Assembly (NCBI GenBank): GCA_045578865.1
Contig: JAZNLB010000013.1
Span: 15,106 to 79,105 of the forward strand
Length of the DNA stretch: 64,000 nucleotides
Direction of reading: 5' to 3'
Origin: Clostridia bacterium
GTDB lineage: Bacteria > Bacillota > Clostridia > UBA1381 > UMGS1253
Shown: positions 48,453 through 58,688 of the stretch, piece after piece
Numbering within the stretch: position 1 is the first letter of the stretch
How the letters are laid out: each line of letters opens with the position of its first letter
Made by a program: the position numbers and the translations under genes
The notes under the pieces: model-generated
Database searches by the model: none
Seen by the model: the letters and a program-made list of their open reading frames with translations, nothing else
What the model was told of the DNA's origin: nothing

Positions 48453-49559
48453 ATGAAAGTATTGTTTGCAGGCGGCGGTACGGCAGGGCATATCAATCCT
48501 GCGCTCAGTATTGCCGATGAAGTGCGCGCGCAGCATCCGGATGCACAAATTCTGTTTCTCGGCAGGCGCGGCAATATGGAAGAAAAACTGGTAACGAAGC
48601 AAGGTTACCCGATAGAGTTTATTGATGTAGAAGGATTTAAGCGCTCACCGATTGCCAATGTGCGTGTGGTGGCAAAAACGCTTAAAGCCATCTTGCAGAG
48701 CAAAAAGATTATTAAGCGTTTTCGACCGGATGTCGTGGTGACAACGGGTGGCTATGTCAGCGGACCGGTGATGATTGCGGCGTACCTTTCGGGCGTGCCG
48801 TCATTGATTCACGAGTCAAATGTATATCCGGGTGTAGCGGTAAAAATGTCGGCAAAAACGGCAACGCGCATTTGCGTAAGTTTTGATAAAACACTTGAAC
48901 TGATTTCTCAAAAGCACAAGTGCGAAAAAACCGGAAATCCGGTGCGTGCACAGATTTTGAAAACCGGCAAAGAAGAGGCGCGTGCGGCGCTACGCATCAA
49001 GGATAAAGTGTTGGTTTTGGTCTTTGGTGGCAGTCTGGGCGCTAAAAAACTAAACGAAGCGGTACTCGGCTATATTGCCGAGATTCGTGACGCACAAGAT
49101 GTAGAACTCATTTTCGGTACGGGTGAGCGTAACTATGCCGATGTAATGGCGGCGCTTGCCAAGATGGAGATCAATGTCCCCGAATGTCAGCACATTCAGG
49201 TTTTGCCGTATATTTACAATATGAACGAGGCGATGGCGGCGGCCGATATTGTAATTGCGCGCGCAGGCGCAATCACGATTGCGGAGCTGATGGCGCTCGG
49301 CAAGCCGTCGATTTTAATTCCGTCGCCGAATGTAGCATATAACCATCAGGAAACGAATGCGCGCCAGTTGGAGCAAAACGGTGCAGCGCTTGTGCTGACG
49401 GAAGATGAACTTTCAGCAAAAAGTTTACAGGAAAAAATTGACCTCTTGATTTCTGACAAGGAACAGTTGTATACTATAGGTGAAAATGCAAAGAAGATGG
49501 GCATGCCGGATGCGACAAAGCGCATTTGCGCCATTTTAAATGAAATTGCATTAAAGTAA
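48453..49559 (+). CDS. murG: Lipid II GlcNAc transferase
   Basis: GGGTAGH, GGYVSGP, HESN, TGNPVR, GGSLGA, RAGA, HQE.NA. Confidence 0.96.
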   Translation: MKVLFAGGGTAGHINPALSIADEVRAQHPDAQILFLGRRGNMEEKLVTKQGYPIEFIDVEGFKRSPIANVRVVAKTLKAILQSKKIIKRFRPDVVVTTGGYVSGPVMIAAYLSGVPSLIHESNVYPGVAVKMSAKTATRICVSFDKTLELISQKHKCEKTGNPVRAQILKTGKEEARAALRIKDKVLVLVFGGSLGAKKLNEAVLGYIAEIRDAQDVELIFGTGERNYADVMAALAKMEINVPECQHIQVLPYIYNMNEAMAAADIVIARAGAITIAELMALGKPSILIPSPNVAYNHQETNARQLEQNGAALVLTEDELSAKSLQEKIDLLISDKEQLYTIGENAKKMGMPDATKRICAILNEIALK

Positions 49560-49586
49560 CACAATACACGCACTCCGCATACGATA
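49559..49586 (+). promoter_or_regulatory. Putative sigma-E/K promoter upstream of murA
   Basis: ACA-16-CATACGATA. Confidence 0.45.
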
Positions 49587-49618
49587 CAATGATAATTGTA
49601 GTATGCGGAGGTGTTTTC

Positions 49619-50914
49619 ATGTCTGTGATAGTGGTAGAAGGTGGTCACAGTCTGGAAGGAACGGTGCGCGTGCAAGGTGCAAAAAATGCGGTGTTGCCGA
49701 TTTTGGCGGCGACGGTGCTCTGCCGCGGAGAAAGTCTTGTGGAAAACTGCCCCAATCTAAGTGATGTAGCGGCAACGGTGCGGATACTAAAACATCTTGG
49801 GTGTCGGGCGGTGCGTGAAGAGGACAAAATTTTAGTGGATGCATCGGGGATGCACAGAAGTGATATTCCGGAAAGTCTGATGCGCGAGATGCGGTCCTCC
49901 GTTATTTTTTTAGGGGCGATTTTAGCACGCTTCGGCAGGGCGAGTGTTGCCATGCCGGGCGGATGTGAACTCGGACCGAGACCGATTGATTTACATCTGG
50001 CGGCTTTTCAGCAGATGGGCGTGTCGATCACCGAGGCGCACGGCAGTATTGAGTGTACTTGTAATAAACTTGTCGGCACACAAATACACCTTGGATTTCC
50101 CAGTGTCGGCGCAACGGAAAATATTATGCTTGCGGCAACGCTTGCTGAGGGAGAAACTGTGATCACCAATGCGGCGAAAGAGCCGGAAATTGAAGATTTG
50201 CAAAGGATGTTAAACCGTATGGGCGCGCGTGTGCGCGGTGCAGGTACGGATTGTATATGTATCGAGGGCGTACAGGATTTGCACGCTGCCGCGCACAGCG
50301 TGATGCCTGACCGCATTGTGGCGGCGACCTATATGGCTTGCAGTGCAGCGGCGGGCGGCACATTGGAACTGTCCGATGTTTGTCCGGCGCACATGGAATC
50401 AATTTTAAGCGTGGCACGCAGCTACGGAGCGAAATTGTATACGGAGGAAAAACGCATTATACATACGGCGCCCGAAAGGCTTAGTGCCGTGAAAATGATT
50501 CGCACGATGCCACACCCGGGTTTTCCTACGGATGCACAGGCGCCCGTGATGGCGGCGCTTTGTCTGGCGCAGGGCACCGGGATTATTACGGAGACCATAT
50601 TTGAAAACCGATTCAAGCATGTTACGGAACTGATGCGTATGGGTGCTGACATTACGGTGGAGGGGAGAATCGCCGTCGTCCGTGGTGTGGAGCATTTAAG
50701 CGGAGCAAATGTATGTGCGATGGAACTGCGCGGCGGTGCAGCACTGGTTGTTGCTGCGCTGGGTGCACAGGGGGTAACGCGTATCGGGAAAATCGGATAT
50801 ATAGAACGCGGCTACGACGACATTGCCGGTGTGCTTGCCGGTGTGGGCGCAAAAATCAGAAAGGAAACAGAGGATGAAAGAGATGAAAAACAGGCGTGTC
50901 CTTCCTGTCCATGA
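49619..50914 (+). CDS. murA: UDP-GlcNAc 1-carboxyvinyltransferase
   Basis: GAKNA, MRSS, PGGCELGPRPID (Cys retained), SVGATEN, GFPTD, FENRF, ERGY. Confidence 0.96.
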   Translation: MSVIVVEGGHSLEGTVRVQGAKNAVLPILAATVLCRGESLVENCPNLSDVAATVRILKHLGCRAVREEDKILVDASGMHRSDIPESLMREMRSSVIFLGAILARFGRASVAMPGGCELGPRPIDLHLAAFQQMGVSITEAHGSIECTCNKLVGTQIHLGFPSVGATENIMLAATLAEGETVITNAAKEPEIEDLQRMLNRMGARVRGAGTDCICIEGVQDLHAAAHSVMPDRIVAATYMACSAAAGGTLELSDVCPAHMESILSVARSYGAKLYTEEKRIIHTAPERLSAVKMIRTMPHPGFPTDAQAPVMAALCLAQGTGIITETIFENRFKHVTELMRMGADITVEGRIAVVRGVEHLSGANVCAMELRGGAALVVAALGAQGVTRIGKIGYIERGYDDIAGVLAGVGAKIRKETEDERDEKQACPSCP

Positions 50915-51668
50915 GGACATCCGCGAGCGGCATCGCAAAAGGCAACTTAAAAAGAAGCGTGTCCGGTTCATATTCTTTTGCATCAGTATGCTGCTTTTGT
51001 TTTTAGCGGCGGCGACGGCGGTTGTATTTTTAACGCCGTGGTTTCATACCCAAGCCGTGATTGTACAGGGAAACGCACAGGTAGACAGCGCCGACCTCAT
51101 TGAAGCAAGCACCATCAAAAAAGGGGAGAGCATTTTTGCGGTTAGTTTAAGCAGCGTGGAGGAAAGACTTTTGCAAATCCCGTATGTCAAAGCGGCAACC
51201 GTAAAGCGAAAATTGCCGAATACCATCGTGATTTCGGTGCAGGAAAGTACGGCGGTGGCACGCATAGAAAAAGAGTCTATGCAAATTTGTCTCGACGAAA
51301 TGGGCGAAGTGGTTTATGCGGGGGCAAATCCGCCCGAAAATCTGATTTTGGTTTTGGGTGTGCCGGTGGAGGAATACACATTGGGCGCGCCGCTATTACT
51401 TGCAGACGGCAAAGCGCCCGCACTTTTGATGGAATTTATCGGTGCTGTGCGTGAAGTCGGGCTGCTGGGTAACATCCACAGTGTAGATATGACGGTGGCG
51501 GAGAATATCAAAATTACCTACGGGCAAGGACTGACGGTACTTTTTGGTGACAGCTATGATTTGAAGCGTAAACTTTTAACATTTATGGAGATTGCACACG
51601 AATTGCCGGAGAATGCAAAGGGTGAAATTGACCTGCGAATCAGCGGCAAGGGCTTTTACCGTCCGTAA
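50874..51668 (+). CDS. ftsQ: Cell division protein FtsQ/DivIB
   Basis: Basic N-terminus, single TM, POTRA (V.GN, PYVK..V.RKLP.TI.I.V.E), IDLR. Confidence 0.85.
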   Translation: MKEMKNRRVLPVHEDIRERHRKRQLKKKRVRFIFFCISMLLLFLAAATAVVFLTPWFHTQAVIVQGNAQVDSADLIEASTIKKGESIFAVSLSSVEERLLQIPYVKAATVKRKLPNTIVISVQESTAVARIEKESMQICLDEMGEVVYAGANPPENLILVLGVPVEEYTLGAPLLLADGKAPALLMEFIGAVREVGLLGNIHSVDMTVAENIKITYGQGLTVLFGDSYDLKRKLLTFMEIAHELPENAKGEIDLRISGKGFYRP

Positions 51669-51723
51669 TTTTGAGTTAAATGTAAAAAAATTATAAAATT
51701 TAATATTTTTTTAATAAATTCTA

Positions 51724-51752
51724 TTGAACAAATGAAAAAAATGTTGTATAAT
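51724..51752 (+). promoter_or_regulatory. Sigma-A promoter for ftsZ
   Basis: TTGAAC-17-TATAAT. Confidence 0.6.
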
Positions 51753-51810
51753 AACATTTGATTAAATATTGATTACATTTAAGTTACAAAGGATAGAGGA
51801 GGCGCTTGAA

Positions 51811-52947
51811 TTGTTTGATATTGAAGTTGAAACAAGCAATGTTGCGAAAATTAAAGTCATTGGTGTCGGCGGCGGCGGTAACAATGCCGTAAATCGCATG
51901 ATTGATGCCGGTGTAAAATGTGTAGACTTTATTGCGGTAAATACAGATGCACAGGTTTTAAAGGACTCCAAGGCTGTTGCGAAGATGCAGATTGGCGAAA
52001 AACTCACCCGTGGTCTGGGCGCAGGTGCAAATCCGGAAATCGGCGAAAAGGCTGCAATGGAAAGCCGCGATGAAATCGAGGCAATGATTAAGGGCGCTGA
52101 TATGGTATTTATTACTGCAGGTATGGGCGGCGGTACCGGTACGGGTGCGGCAGCTGTAATTGCAGGCATTGCGAAGGAGATGGGCATTTTAACCATCGCT
52201 ATCGTAACCAAGCCGTTTACCTTTGAAGGTCGTCCGAGACTTGCCAAGGCGGAAATGGGTATTGCAAAACTGCGTGAAAATGTGGATGCGATTATGACCA
52301 TCCCGAATGACAACATTTTGAAGGTTGTAGATAAGAACACCACGCTTGCCAACAGTTTCTTAATGGCAGACGATGTACTCCGTCAGGGTGTGCAGGGTAT
52401 TTCCGATATGATTGTCGGTACAGGATACATCAATGCCGACTTCGCCGATGTAAAGAGAACCATGGAAAATTCCGGTATCGCACACATGGGCGTGGGCGTT
52501 GCAAAGGGCGAAAACAAGGCATCAGAGGCAATCAAAATGGCGATCGAAAGTCCGCTTCTGGAAACCTCTATTGCAGGCGCAAGAAATGTGCTTGTTAACA
52601 TCACGGGTGACAAAAACCTTACCTTGTTTGATGCAAATGATATCATGAGCATGGCAAACGATTTGGTGGATTCCGATGCGGAAATCATCTTCGGTGTGGT
52701 TATTGATGAAAACCTCGATGATGAAATGCGCGTAACCGTTGTCGCAACGGGTTTTGACAGCGCAAGACCGGCTGCGCCGGCGGCAAAACCGGCTGAGGAA
52801 AAGAAGGATGATTTCTTCGGTAGTCTCATCGGTAAGACCGAGGAAGTTGAGGCACCGGCAGCGGAGGATGCGTCGTTTGCGCCGACTGCGAGTGCAGAAC
52901 TTGAAAATGTAGACATCCCGAATTTCTTAAAGAATAAGAATTTCTAA
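51811..52947 (+). CDS. ftsZ: Cell division protein FtsZ
   Basis: [30 protein letters not shown]-terminal DIPNFL; TTG start after gaggagg. Confidence 0.98.
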   Translation: MFDIEVETSNVAKIKVIGVGGGGNNAVNRMIDAGVKCVDFIAVNTDAQVLKDSKAVAKMQIGEKLTRGLGAGANPEIGEKAAMESRDEIEAMIKGADMVFITAGMGGGTGTGAAAVIAGIAKEMGILTIAIVTKPFTFEGRPRLAKAEMGIAKLRENVDAIMTIPNDNILKVVDKNTTLANSFLMADDVLRQGVQGISDMIVGTGYINADFADVKRTMENSGIAHMGVGVAKGENKASEAIKMAIESPLLETSIAGARNVLVNITGDKNLTLFDANDIMSMANDLVDSDAEIIFGVVIDENLDDEMRVTVVATGFDSARPAAPAAKPAEEKKDDFFGSLIGKTEEVEAPAAEDASFAPTASAELENVDIPNFLKNKNF

Positions 52948-52955
52948 AACATTTT

Positions 52956-52981
52956 AAAGGACGGCGTTGCCGTCCTTTTTT
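52956..52981 (+). terminator. Terminator after ftsZ
   Basis: aaaggacggc-gtt-gccgtcctttttt. Confidence 0.8.
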
Positions 52982-52995
52982 ACAAGGTATATCCT

Positions 52996-53502
52996 ATGAA
53001 AGAAAATATAGAAAAGCTATCTTTGCCCGAGCAGTTTGAACTTGCCAAGCAAAAGGCGGCGCAAATCACGGCGCGCAGGCGAAAGACGAAAAAAGAGCTG
53101 ACAGATAAATTAAAAATGCTTGGTTTTGATGTGCAGGTGTGTGATGCCATCGGCGCGTGGGCGCAGGAATATTATTTTATAGACGATGCTGCCTATGCGC
53201 GCGACTATGTTGCATCTGCATCGAAAAAGTACGGTAAGCGCAGAATTGTGCAGGCGCTTCGCTTTAAGGGGATTGCCCCTGAGGTGATAGAAGATGCGCT
53301 CGCTGAATTTGATTTTGAAGATGCGCCGCAAGAACTTTGCGCGCAGGTGCAAAAAAAGCTCGGCGGACAGACGGACAGAAAAAGCATCGACAGGGTTGTG
53401 CGTTCATTTTTGATGCGCGGCTATAACTATGACGATGTGCGCCGTGCGATAGAGCAGGCAAAAATGAACATTGCATCAGAGGAGGATGACTTTGGGATAT
53501 AA
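52996..53502 (+). CDS. recX: Regulatory protein RecX
   Basis: R.KT.KEL..KL, IDD..YA, YG..RI...L..KGI, L.RGY. Confidence 0.88.
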   Translation: MKENIEKLSLPEQFELAKQKAAQITARRRKTKKELTDKLKMLGFDVQVCDAIGAWAQEYYFIDDAAYARDYVASASKKYGKRRIVQALRFKGIAPEVIEDALAEFDFEDAPQELCAQVQKKLGGQTDRKSIDRVVRSFLMRGYNYDDVRRAIEQAKMNIASEEDDFGI

Positions 53503-54835
53503 GATTGCGGTTGCATCTTTGGGATGCGCTAAAAATTTAGTGGATACGGAAAATATGCTTGGTATCCTTTTAGAGCAAGGACATACGCTTACGCTCGAGC
53601 CGGCTGAGGCAGATGTGATTTTGGTCAATACCTGCGGTTTTATCGGTGATGCGAAAAAAGAATCCATTGACACGATTTTGGAAATGGCAGATTACAAGAT
53701 AAGCGGAAACTGCAAAGCGCTTTTGGTGGCAGGTTGTCTTGCCGAGCGGTATAAAGAGGAAATATTAGACACGATTGCTGAGGTGGATGCCGTCATCGGG
53801 ACGGGCGATTTTGATAAAATTGCCGAAGTGCTTTTTGCCGTGCTTGGCGGCAAACGCATTGCGCTTTATGGCCACGCTGATACCTACGACATGGAAAACC
53901 TGCCTCGTGTAACGACCACGCCGCCGCATACGGCATATTTAAAGATTGCCGAAGGGTGCGACAATCATTGTACCTACTGCGTTATTCCGTCGCTGCGTGG
54001 TAAATTTCGCTCACGCAGCATCGAAGATGTTTTCACAGAGGCACAGGCGTTGGCGGAAAACGGCGTAAAAGAACTGATTTTGATTGCACAAGATACAACC
54101 CGGTATGGCACGGATATTTACGGCGAATATGCACTCGACAGGCTATTGGAAAAACTTTGTACCCTAGAGGACATCCGCTGGATTCGCTTGCATTATATGT
54201 ATCCGGAAGCGATTACGGATGCGCTTTTGAAAACATTTGCTGAAAATAAAAAAATAGTAAACTATTTTGATATTCCCGTGCAGCATGGTTCGGATGCGGT
54301 GCTGCGCCGTATGTGTAGGCACACAAACAAGCAGCAGATGCGAACGCTTTTTGAAAAAATCCGCAAATACTGTCCGGATGCGGTGCTGCGTACGAGCGTG
54401 ATTGTGGGATTTCCGGGTGAAACGGAAGCGGAATTTAACGAGCTTTTGGAATTTGTGCGCGCGGTGCGCTTTGACCGTCTCGGTGCATTTACCTACTCGA
54501 AAGAGGAGGGTACGCCGGCGGCAAGAATGCAAAATCAAATCCATCCGGCTACAAAAAAGGCGCGTGCGCGCCGCGTGATGGAGCTTTCCCAAACTATTTC
54601 TAAAGAAAAAAATGAAGAAAAACTCGGCTCGGTTTTGGAAGTTGTCTGCGAAGGCTATGACGAGGAAAACTTTATGTACTACGGTCGCAGCCGTGGCGAC
54701 AGTCCGAATGTGGATGCGCTTGTTTACTTTGCCGCCACGCGGGATTTAACCGTCGGTGAGTTTGTAAATGTAAAAGTGCTATGCGTGGAAGAATACGATT
54801 TGATAGGAGAGATGACAAATGAATTTACCGAATAA
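53492..54835 (+). CDS. rimO: Ribosomal protein S12 methylthiotransferase
   Basis: SLGCAKN.VD, NTCGFI..AK.ES, EGCDNHCTYC, TRAM domain. Confidence 0.95.
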   Translation: MGYKIAVASLGCAKNLVDTENMLGILLEQGHTLTLEPAEADVILVNTCGFIGDAKKESIDTILEMADYKISGNCKALLVAGCLAERYKEEILDTIAEVDAVIGTGDFDKIAEVLFAVLGGKRIALYGHADTYDMENLPRVTTTPPHTAYLKIAEGCDNHCTYCVIPSLRGKFRSRSIEDVFTEAQALAENGVKELILIAQDTTRYGTDIYGEYALDRLLEKLCTLEDIRWIRLHYMYPEAITDALLKTFAENKKIVNYFDIPVQHGSDAVLRRMCRHTNKQQMRTLFEKIRKYCPDAVLRTSVIVGFPGETEAEFNELLEFVRAVRFDRLGAFTYSKEEGTPAARMQNQIHPATKKARARRVMELSQTISKEKNEEKLGSVLEVVCEGYDEENFMYYGRSRGDSPNVDALVYFAATRDLTVGEFVNVKVLCVEEYDLIGEMTNEFTE

Positions 54836-55370
54836 ACTGACCTTGATCCGCATTGCAATGATTCCCGTATTTTTGTTCTTTTTGATGACGGCGTTTGTGC
54901 CGTATTCGGTATATATTGCGCTTGCGGTATTTATTATAGCGGCGGCGACGGATGCGCTCGACGGGCACATCGCGCGCTCGCGCAATCTTGTAACGGATTT
55001 TGGCAAATTTGCCGACCCGCTGGCAGACAAGATTTTGGTGCTTTCCGCATTGATTGGTTTAATTCAGCTCGGTCAAATTGGGGCAATTCCGGTGATTATT
55101 ATTATCGCAAGAGAATTTATGGTAACGGGACTGCGTATCGTAGCCATCGGTGCGGGCAAGGTGATTGCCGCAGGACTTTCCGGTAAAATCAAAACGGTGC
55201 TTCAAATGATTGTAACCATACTTTTGATGGTGATTTATCCGTTTAGGGCACAGGTTTTTGCGCTCGAGGTCATTGCACAAATCGGCATCTGGGCGATGGT
55301 GGCGATTACCGTATATTCCGGCGCAGAGTACATCATTCAAAACTGGAGCATTATTGATTACAAAAAATAA
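54819..55370 (+). CDS. pgsA: CDP-diacylglycerol--glycerol-3-phosphate 3-phosphatidyltransferase
   Basis: NLPNKLT..R, D.LDG.IAR....T.FGKFADP.ADK, GKIKT. Confidence 0.96.
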   Translation: MNLPNKLTLIRIAMIPVFLFFLMTAFVPYSVYIALAVFIIAAATDALDGHIARSRNLVTDFGKFADPLADKILVLSALIGLIQLGQIGAIPVIIIIAREFMVTGLRIVAIGAGKVIAAGLSGKIKTVLQMIVTILLMVIYPFRAQVFALEVIAQIGIWAMVAITVYSGAEYIIQNWSIIDYKK

Positions 55371-55462
55371 TTTTTTATTAAAAATAAAAATGAATGTATA
55401 AATCGCGCATCGTCTGCGTAAATTATAGTCAGCACAAAAAAATTATAAACGGAGGTTTTGTC

Positions 55463-55666
55463 ATGGCTATTTTAGATACGATTGCGCTGATTTTGGTGAT
55501 TGTCGGCGGTTTAAACTGGGGCTCCATCGGTCTGTTCGGTTTAGATTTTGTCGGCGGCATATTTGGCGGTATGGATGCGGTGTTTCCGCGTATTATCTTT
55601 ACGGCAGTCGGCATTGCGGCGCTGTGGTGCATCACGCTTTTGTTTAAAGACAAAATGTATAAGTAA
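55463..55666 (+). CDS. DUF378 (YuzA-like) small membrane protein
   Basis: LVIVGGLNWG.IGLF..D.V..IFG, RII...VGIAA. Confidence 0.9.
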   Translation: MAILDTIALILVIVGGLNWGSIGLFGLDFVGGIFGGMDAVFPRIIFTAVGIAALWCITLLFKDKMYK

Positions 55667-55667
55667 A

Positions 55668-55702
55668 CAATAAAAAAAGATGCGAAAGCATCTTTTTTTA
55701 TT
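55668..55702. terminator. Terminator after DUF378
   Basis: aataaaaaaagatgc-gaaa-gcatctttttttatt. Confidence 0.85.
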
Positions 55703-55904
55703 GCTGTGCGGCTAGTTAAGGGGCATCTTATGTTGATTTTATAATGATTTCAAGCAAAGCTTGAATCAATAAAGCGTGAAGAATTATGGCATAAAATACC
55801 TCGCATTTCAATTAAAAAATCAATTCGTGTCCGTGGTAAAAAAAGTATTGCAATTTATCAGACAATATGATAATATGATGTTGTAAAATATGGAGGTGTT
55901 TCTT

Positions 55905-56891
55905 TTGGATAAGAAAACAGTTGTTATAACAAATGAAATGGTAAAAAAGTATGTCTCAATCGATGATGTGATTGAGTGCGTTGAAAATGTGTGGAAGTGG
56001 TATGGAGAGAAGAAGGTTATTATGCCACCGAAAATCACAACAGATATGAGCAGCCTGGGTGTTAAAGGCTGGTTTAATTCTATGCCGTCATACATCGGAC
56101 CTCTGGATTCTGCCGGTATTAAGGTTGTTGGCGGTTATGATGATAACCCCAAAAAAGGATTGCCTTTTATTCGCTCAAATATTTTGGTGACAGACCCGCA
56201 TGACGGCTTTTTGAAGGCTTTGGTCTGCGGCGACTGGATTTCTGATGCCAGAACAGGTGCTCAGCCTGCAATCGCTATGAAATATTTAGCTGCAAAAAGT
56301 GATATTATCACTGTGATTGGTGCCGGTCGCCAGGCTTTTTACGCTGTAACCTGTATCAGTCGTGTACATAAAATCAAGCAGCTGCGTATTTGCGATATTT
56401 CCAAAGAGGCAAGAGAAAAGTTTGCTTCTTACTTCCCGGATGCTGATTTTGAAATCGTACCTTATGAAAGCAATGAAGAGGCATGCAGAGAGTCTGATGT
56501 TATTATCACCCTCACCACAGCAAATGCCGTATTGGTTGAAGAACCATGGTGTAAGCCGGGATGCCTTGTGCTGACTATGGGCTCTTTCCAGGAAGTATCT
56601 GATGATATTGCCAGAAAGTTTGATAAGCTCTACCTTGACCATATTGCACAGGGGTTGCATCGCGGTCAGTTCCTGCCTATGGCACACCGAGGCGAAATTA
56701 CAGAAGACGATTTTGCTGCTGAGGTTCCTGATATTGTTGCCGGGAAAAAACCGGGCAGAACCGATAACAATGAGCGCTTAATGTGCGAGCTTGTTGGAAT
56801 GGGAAGCCCTGATTTGTGTGTTGCAACACTTGCTTACAACAGAGCAATGGAGTCCGGTGAAGTTCTGACTGAAATTGATATGATAGGTTAA
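55905..56891 (+). CDS. Ornithine cyclodeaminase / mu-crystallin family oxidoreductase
   Basis: MPPK, MPSY, GIKVV, GLP, RTGA, IGAGRQA, LTT, MGS..E, G..D. Confidence 0.88.
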   Translation: MDKKTVVITNEMVKKYVSIDDVIECVENVWKWYGEKKVIMPPKITTDMSSLGVKGWFNSMPSYIGPLDSAGIKVVGGYDDNPKKGLPFIRSNILVTDPHDGFLKALVCGDWISDARTGAQPAIAMKYLAAKSDIITVIGAGRQAFYAVTCISRVHKIKQLRICDISKEAREKFASYFPDADFEIVPYESNEEACRESDVIITLTTANAVLVEEPWCKPGCLVLTMGSFQEVSDDIARKFDKLYLDHIAQGLHRGQFLPMAHRGEITEDDFAAEVPDIVAGKKPGRTDNNERLMCELVGMGSPDLCVATLAYNRAMESGEVLTEIDMIG

Positions 56892-56892
56892 T

Positions 56893-56931
56893 TATAAAAG
56901 ACCTGACCGATTACCGGTCAGGTCTTTTATA
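56893..56931. terminator. Terminator after OCD-family gene
   Basis: tataaaagacctgaccg-attac-cggtcaggtcttttata. Confidence 0.85.
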
Positions 56932-56935
56932 GTTG

Positions 56936-56964
56936 TTGACGAATCGTGAAAAATGAATTATAAT
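56936..56964 (+). promoter_or_regulatory. Sigma-A promoter for acyltransferase
   Basis: TTGACG-17-TATAAT; TGACGAA (Spo0A-like box) overlaps the -35. Confidence 0.65.
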
Positions 56965-57104
56965 ATATCAAATTATGCCTGTAAGGAAATGTAAAAAACA
57001 AAAGCGCAAATACTGAATTGGAATTAAACAAATTTCTAAGAATAATTTTTATTCATAAAACCCAAAAAAGTTTGCTTGATTTTTTATTTTCAAGGGGTGA
57101 GATA

Positions 57105-58115
57105 ATGCAAAGAGACACACGGCTGGATGTTATAAAAACCATCGCTTGTTTTTGCGTGGTGGTGATTCATATATGCTCTTATACATCGACTGTCGGCTCA
57201 ATAAACTGGTATGGCAATGTTTTTTGGCGTGCGCTGTGCGGTGCGGCAGTGCCGTTGTTTTTGATGTGCAGCGGTGCTTTGTTTTTGCAACCAAAACCGC
57301 TCTCGCTTAAAAAACTGTATTTAAAAAACCTGCTTCGTGTTCTGGTGGCAGGCTTTGCGTGGGCATTTGTATATAAAATACATCATATTTGCGTTGCAGG
57401 TACGCTCACGCCGTCCCTGCTTTGGCAGGCGATAAAAGAAGTTTTGTTGTTTCAGCATGAATTTCACTTATACTACATACAGATTGTGTTGGTTTTGTAT
57501 ATTGGTATGCCTGTTTTACGCGTGATTGCCGTGCATGCAACCAGGAGGGAGATTTTATATGCGCTTGCCGTTTGGTTTGTATTCGGCATCGTCTATCCGA
57601 GCGTTATTGTGTTTTGGCCGTTTCGCCTTTTGGGCGGCGTAGCGAATTTATGGATACTCAATATGATTTATGCTGCATTTGGCTATGCGCTTTTGGGTTA
57701 CTATTTGTATGCCTATCCTATTTCACTTCGCGCGAGTTTAGGTGCAGTCCTTGCCGGATTTTTAATTACATTTGTTTCTACGGTGGTCGGCAGCTTGAAA
57801 ACCGGCGTGCTCTATGAGCAGTTTTTGAGCGGTATGTCCGTAGGATGCGCCCTGCTTGCTGCCGGTATCTACGGCAGTTGCCTGCATATAAAGAGAACTC
57901 TGCCCGCTGCGGTATATGTATCCAAAGCTTCGTTTTTAGTTTACCTCGCGCATATGCTTTGGATAAATTTTTTGAAAGACAATTTGCATATCACAGCGGA
58001 TTGCTTTTCCGCATGGCTTTCCGTACCAATTTTGGCCATTGGGACAATCGCAGTTTGTACGGGTTTATATTTTGTGCTGTCGCACATTCCGGTCGTGAAA
58101 AAGTGGCTGATTTAA
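57105..58115 (+). CDS. Acyltransferase family 3 (surface polymer O-acetyltransferase)
   Basis: RLD.IK..A...VV.IH, AVPLFLMCSG, HLYY, SFLVYLAH; multi-TM. Confidence 0.88.
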   Translation: MQRDTRLDVIKTIACFCVVVIHICSYTSTVGSINWYGNVFWRALCGAAVPLFLMCSGALFLQPKPLSLKKLYLKNLLRVLVAGFAWAFVYKIHHICVAGTLTPSLLWQAIKEVLLFQHEFHLYYIQIVLVLYIGMPVLRVIAVHATRREILYALAVWFVFGIVYPSVIVFWPFRLLGGVANLWILNMIYAAFGYALLGYYLYAYPISLRASLGAVLAGFLITFVSTVVGSLKTGVLYEQFLSGMSVGCALLAAGIYGSCLHIKRTLPAAVYVSKASFLVYLAHMLWINFLKDNLHITADCFSAWLSVPILAIGTIAVCTGLYFVLSHIPVVKKWLI

Positions 58116-58142
58116 AAAGGGTGTCCGCAGACACCCTTTTTT
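58114..58142. terminator. Terminator between acyltransferase and tspO
   Basis: aaaagggtgtc-cgca-gacacccttttt. Confidence 0.8.
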
Positions 58143-58196
58143 GCTGAAATGATTTGCAGGATACTCAAAAAAGCGGGCGATTTAACATCCGCACAT

Positions 58197-58670
58197 TTAA
58201 TTTAATATCGCTATCGCTAAATTCAAGTATGCGGCAAAGGTAACCCATAAAAAGTACGGAATTTGCAGGTATGCGGCGAGCGGAGACACAGCGTAAAACT
58301 TAAAGAGCATTCGCAAGATCAAAATCCATAACAAAAGCAACCAGAAAAACGAAAACCAAAAGGCTTGCAGATTGAAAAACAAAATACTCCAAAAGAAATT
58401 GACTGCGAGTTGGAGCGCATAGACGGCAAGTGCATCGCGCCTTTGCGGCTCGGGTGCATCGCTGCGGGAGTATACGATGGCGGCGGAAATGCCCATCAGT
58501 GCATACAAAATCGCCCAGACAACGCCGAAAAGCCAGCCCGGCGGCGCAAGCGGCGGCTGTACGATGCGCGAATAGATATCCATACTGTCTTTGGTCAAAA
58601 GCGCGGATAAACCGCCGATACCGAGCGCAACGGCGATGGAAATCACATACGGTTTAAATTTTTTCCACAT
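58197..58670 (-). CDS. tspO: TspO/MBR family tryptophan-rich protein
   Basis: PPLAPP.W.F..VW..LY.LMG, QL.VNFFWS..FF, L.IPY..WV.FA.YLN. Confidence 0.93.
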   Translation of the reverse strand: MWKKFKPYVISIAVALGIGGLSALLTKDSMDIYSRIVQPPLAPPGWLFGVVWAILYALMGISAAIVYSRSDAPEPQRRDALAVYALQLAVNFFWSILFFNLQAFWFSFFWLLLLWILILRMLFKFYAVSPLAAYLQIPYFLWVTFAAYLNLAIAILN

Positions 58671-58688
58671 AAAAATCACCTCGGTAAC

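Noticed and set aside
56995-57100. c-di-GMP-I riboswitch (gcgcaaa)
   Set aside because: The GNRA tetraloop/receptor stems could not be formed.
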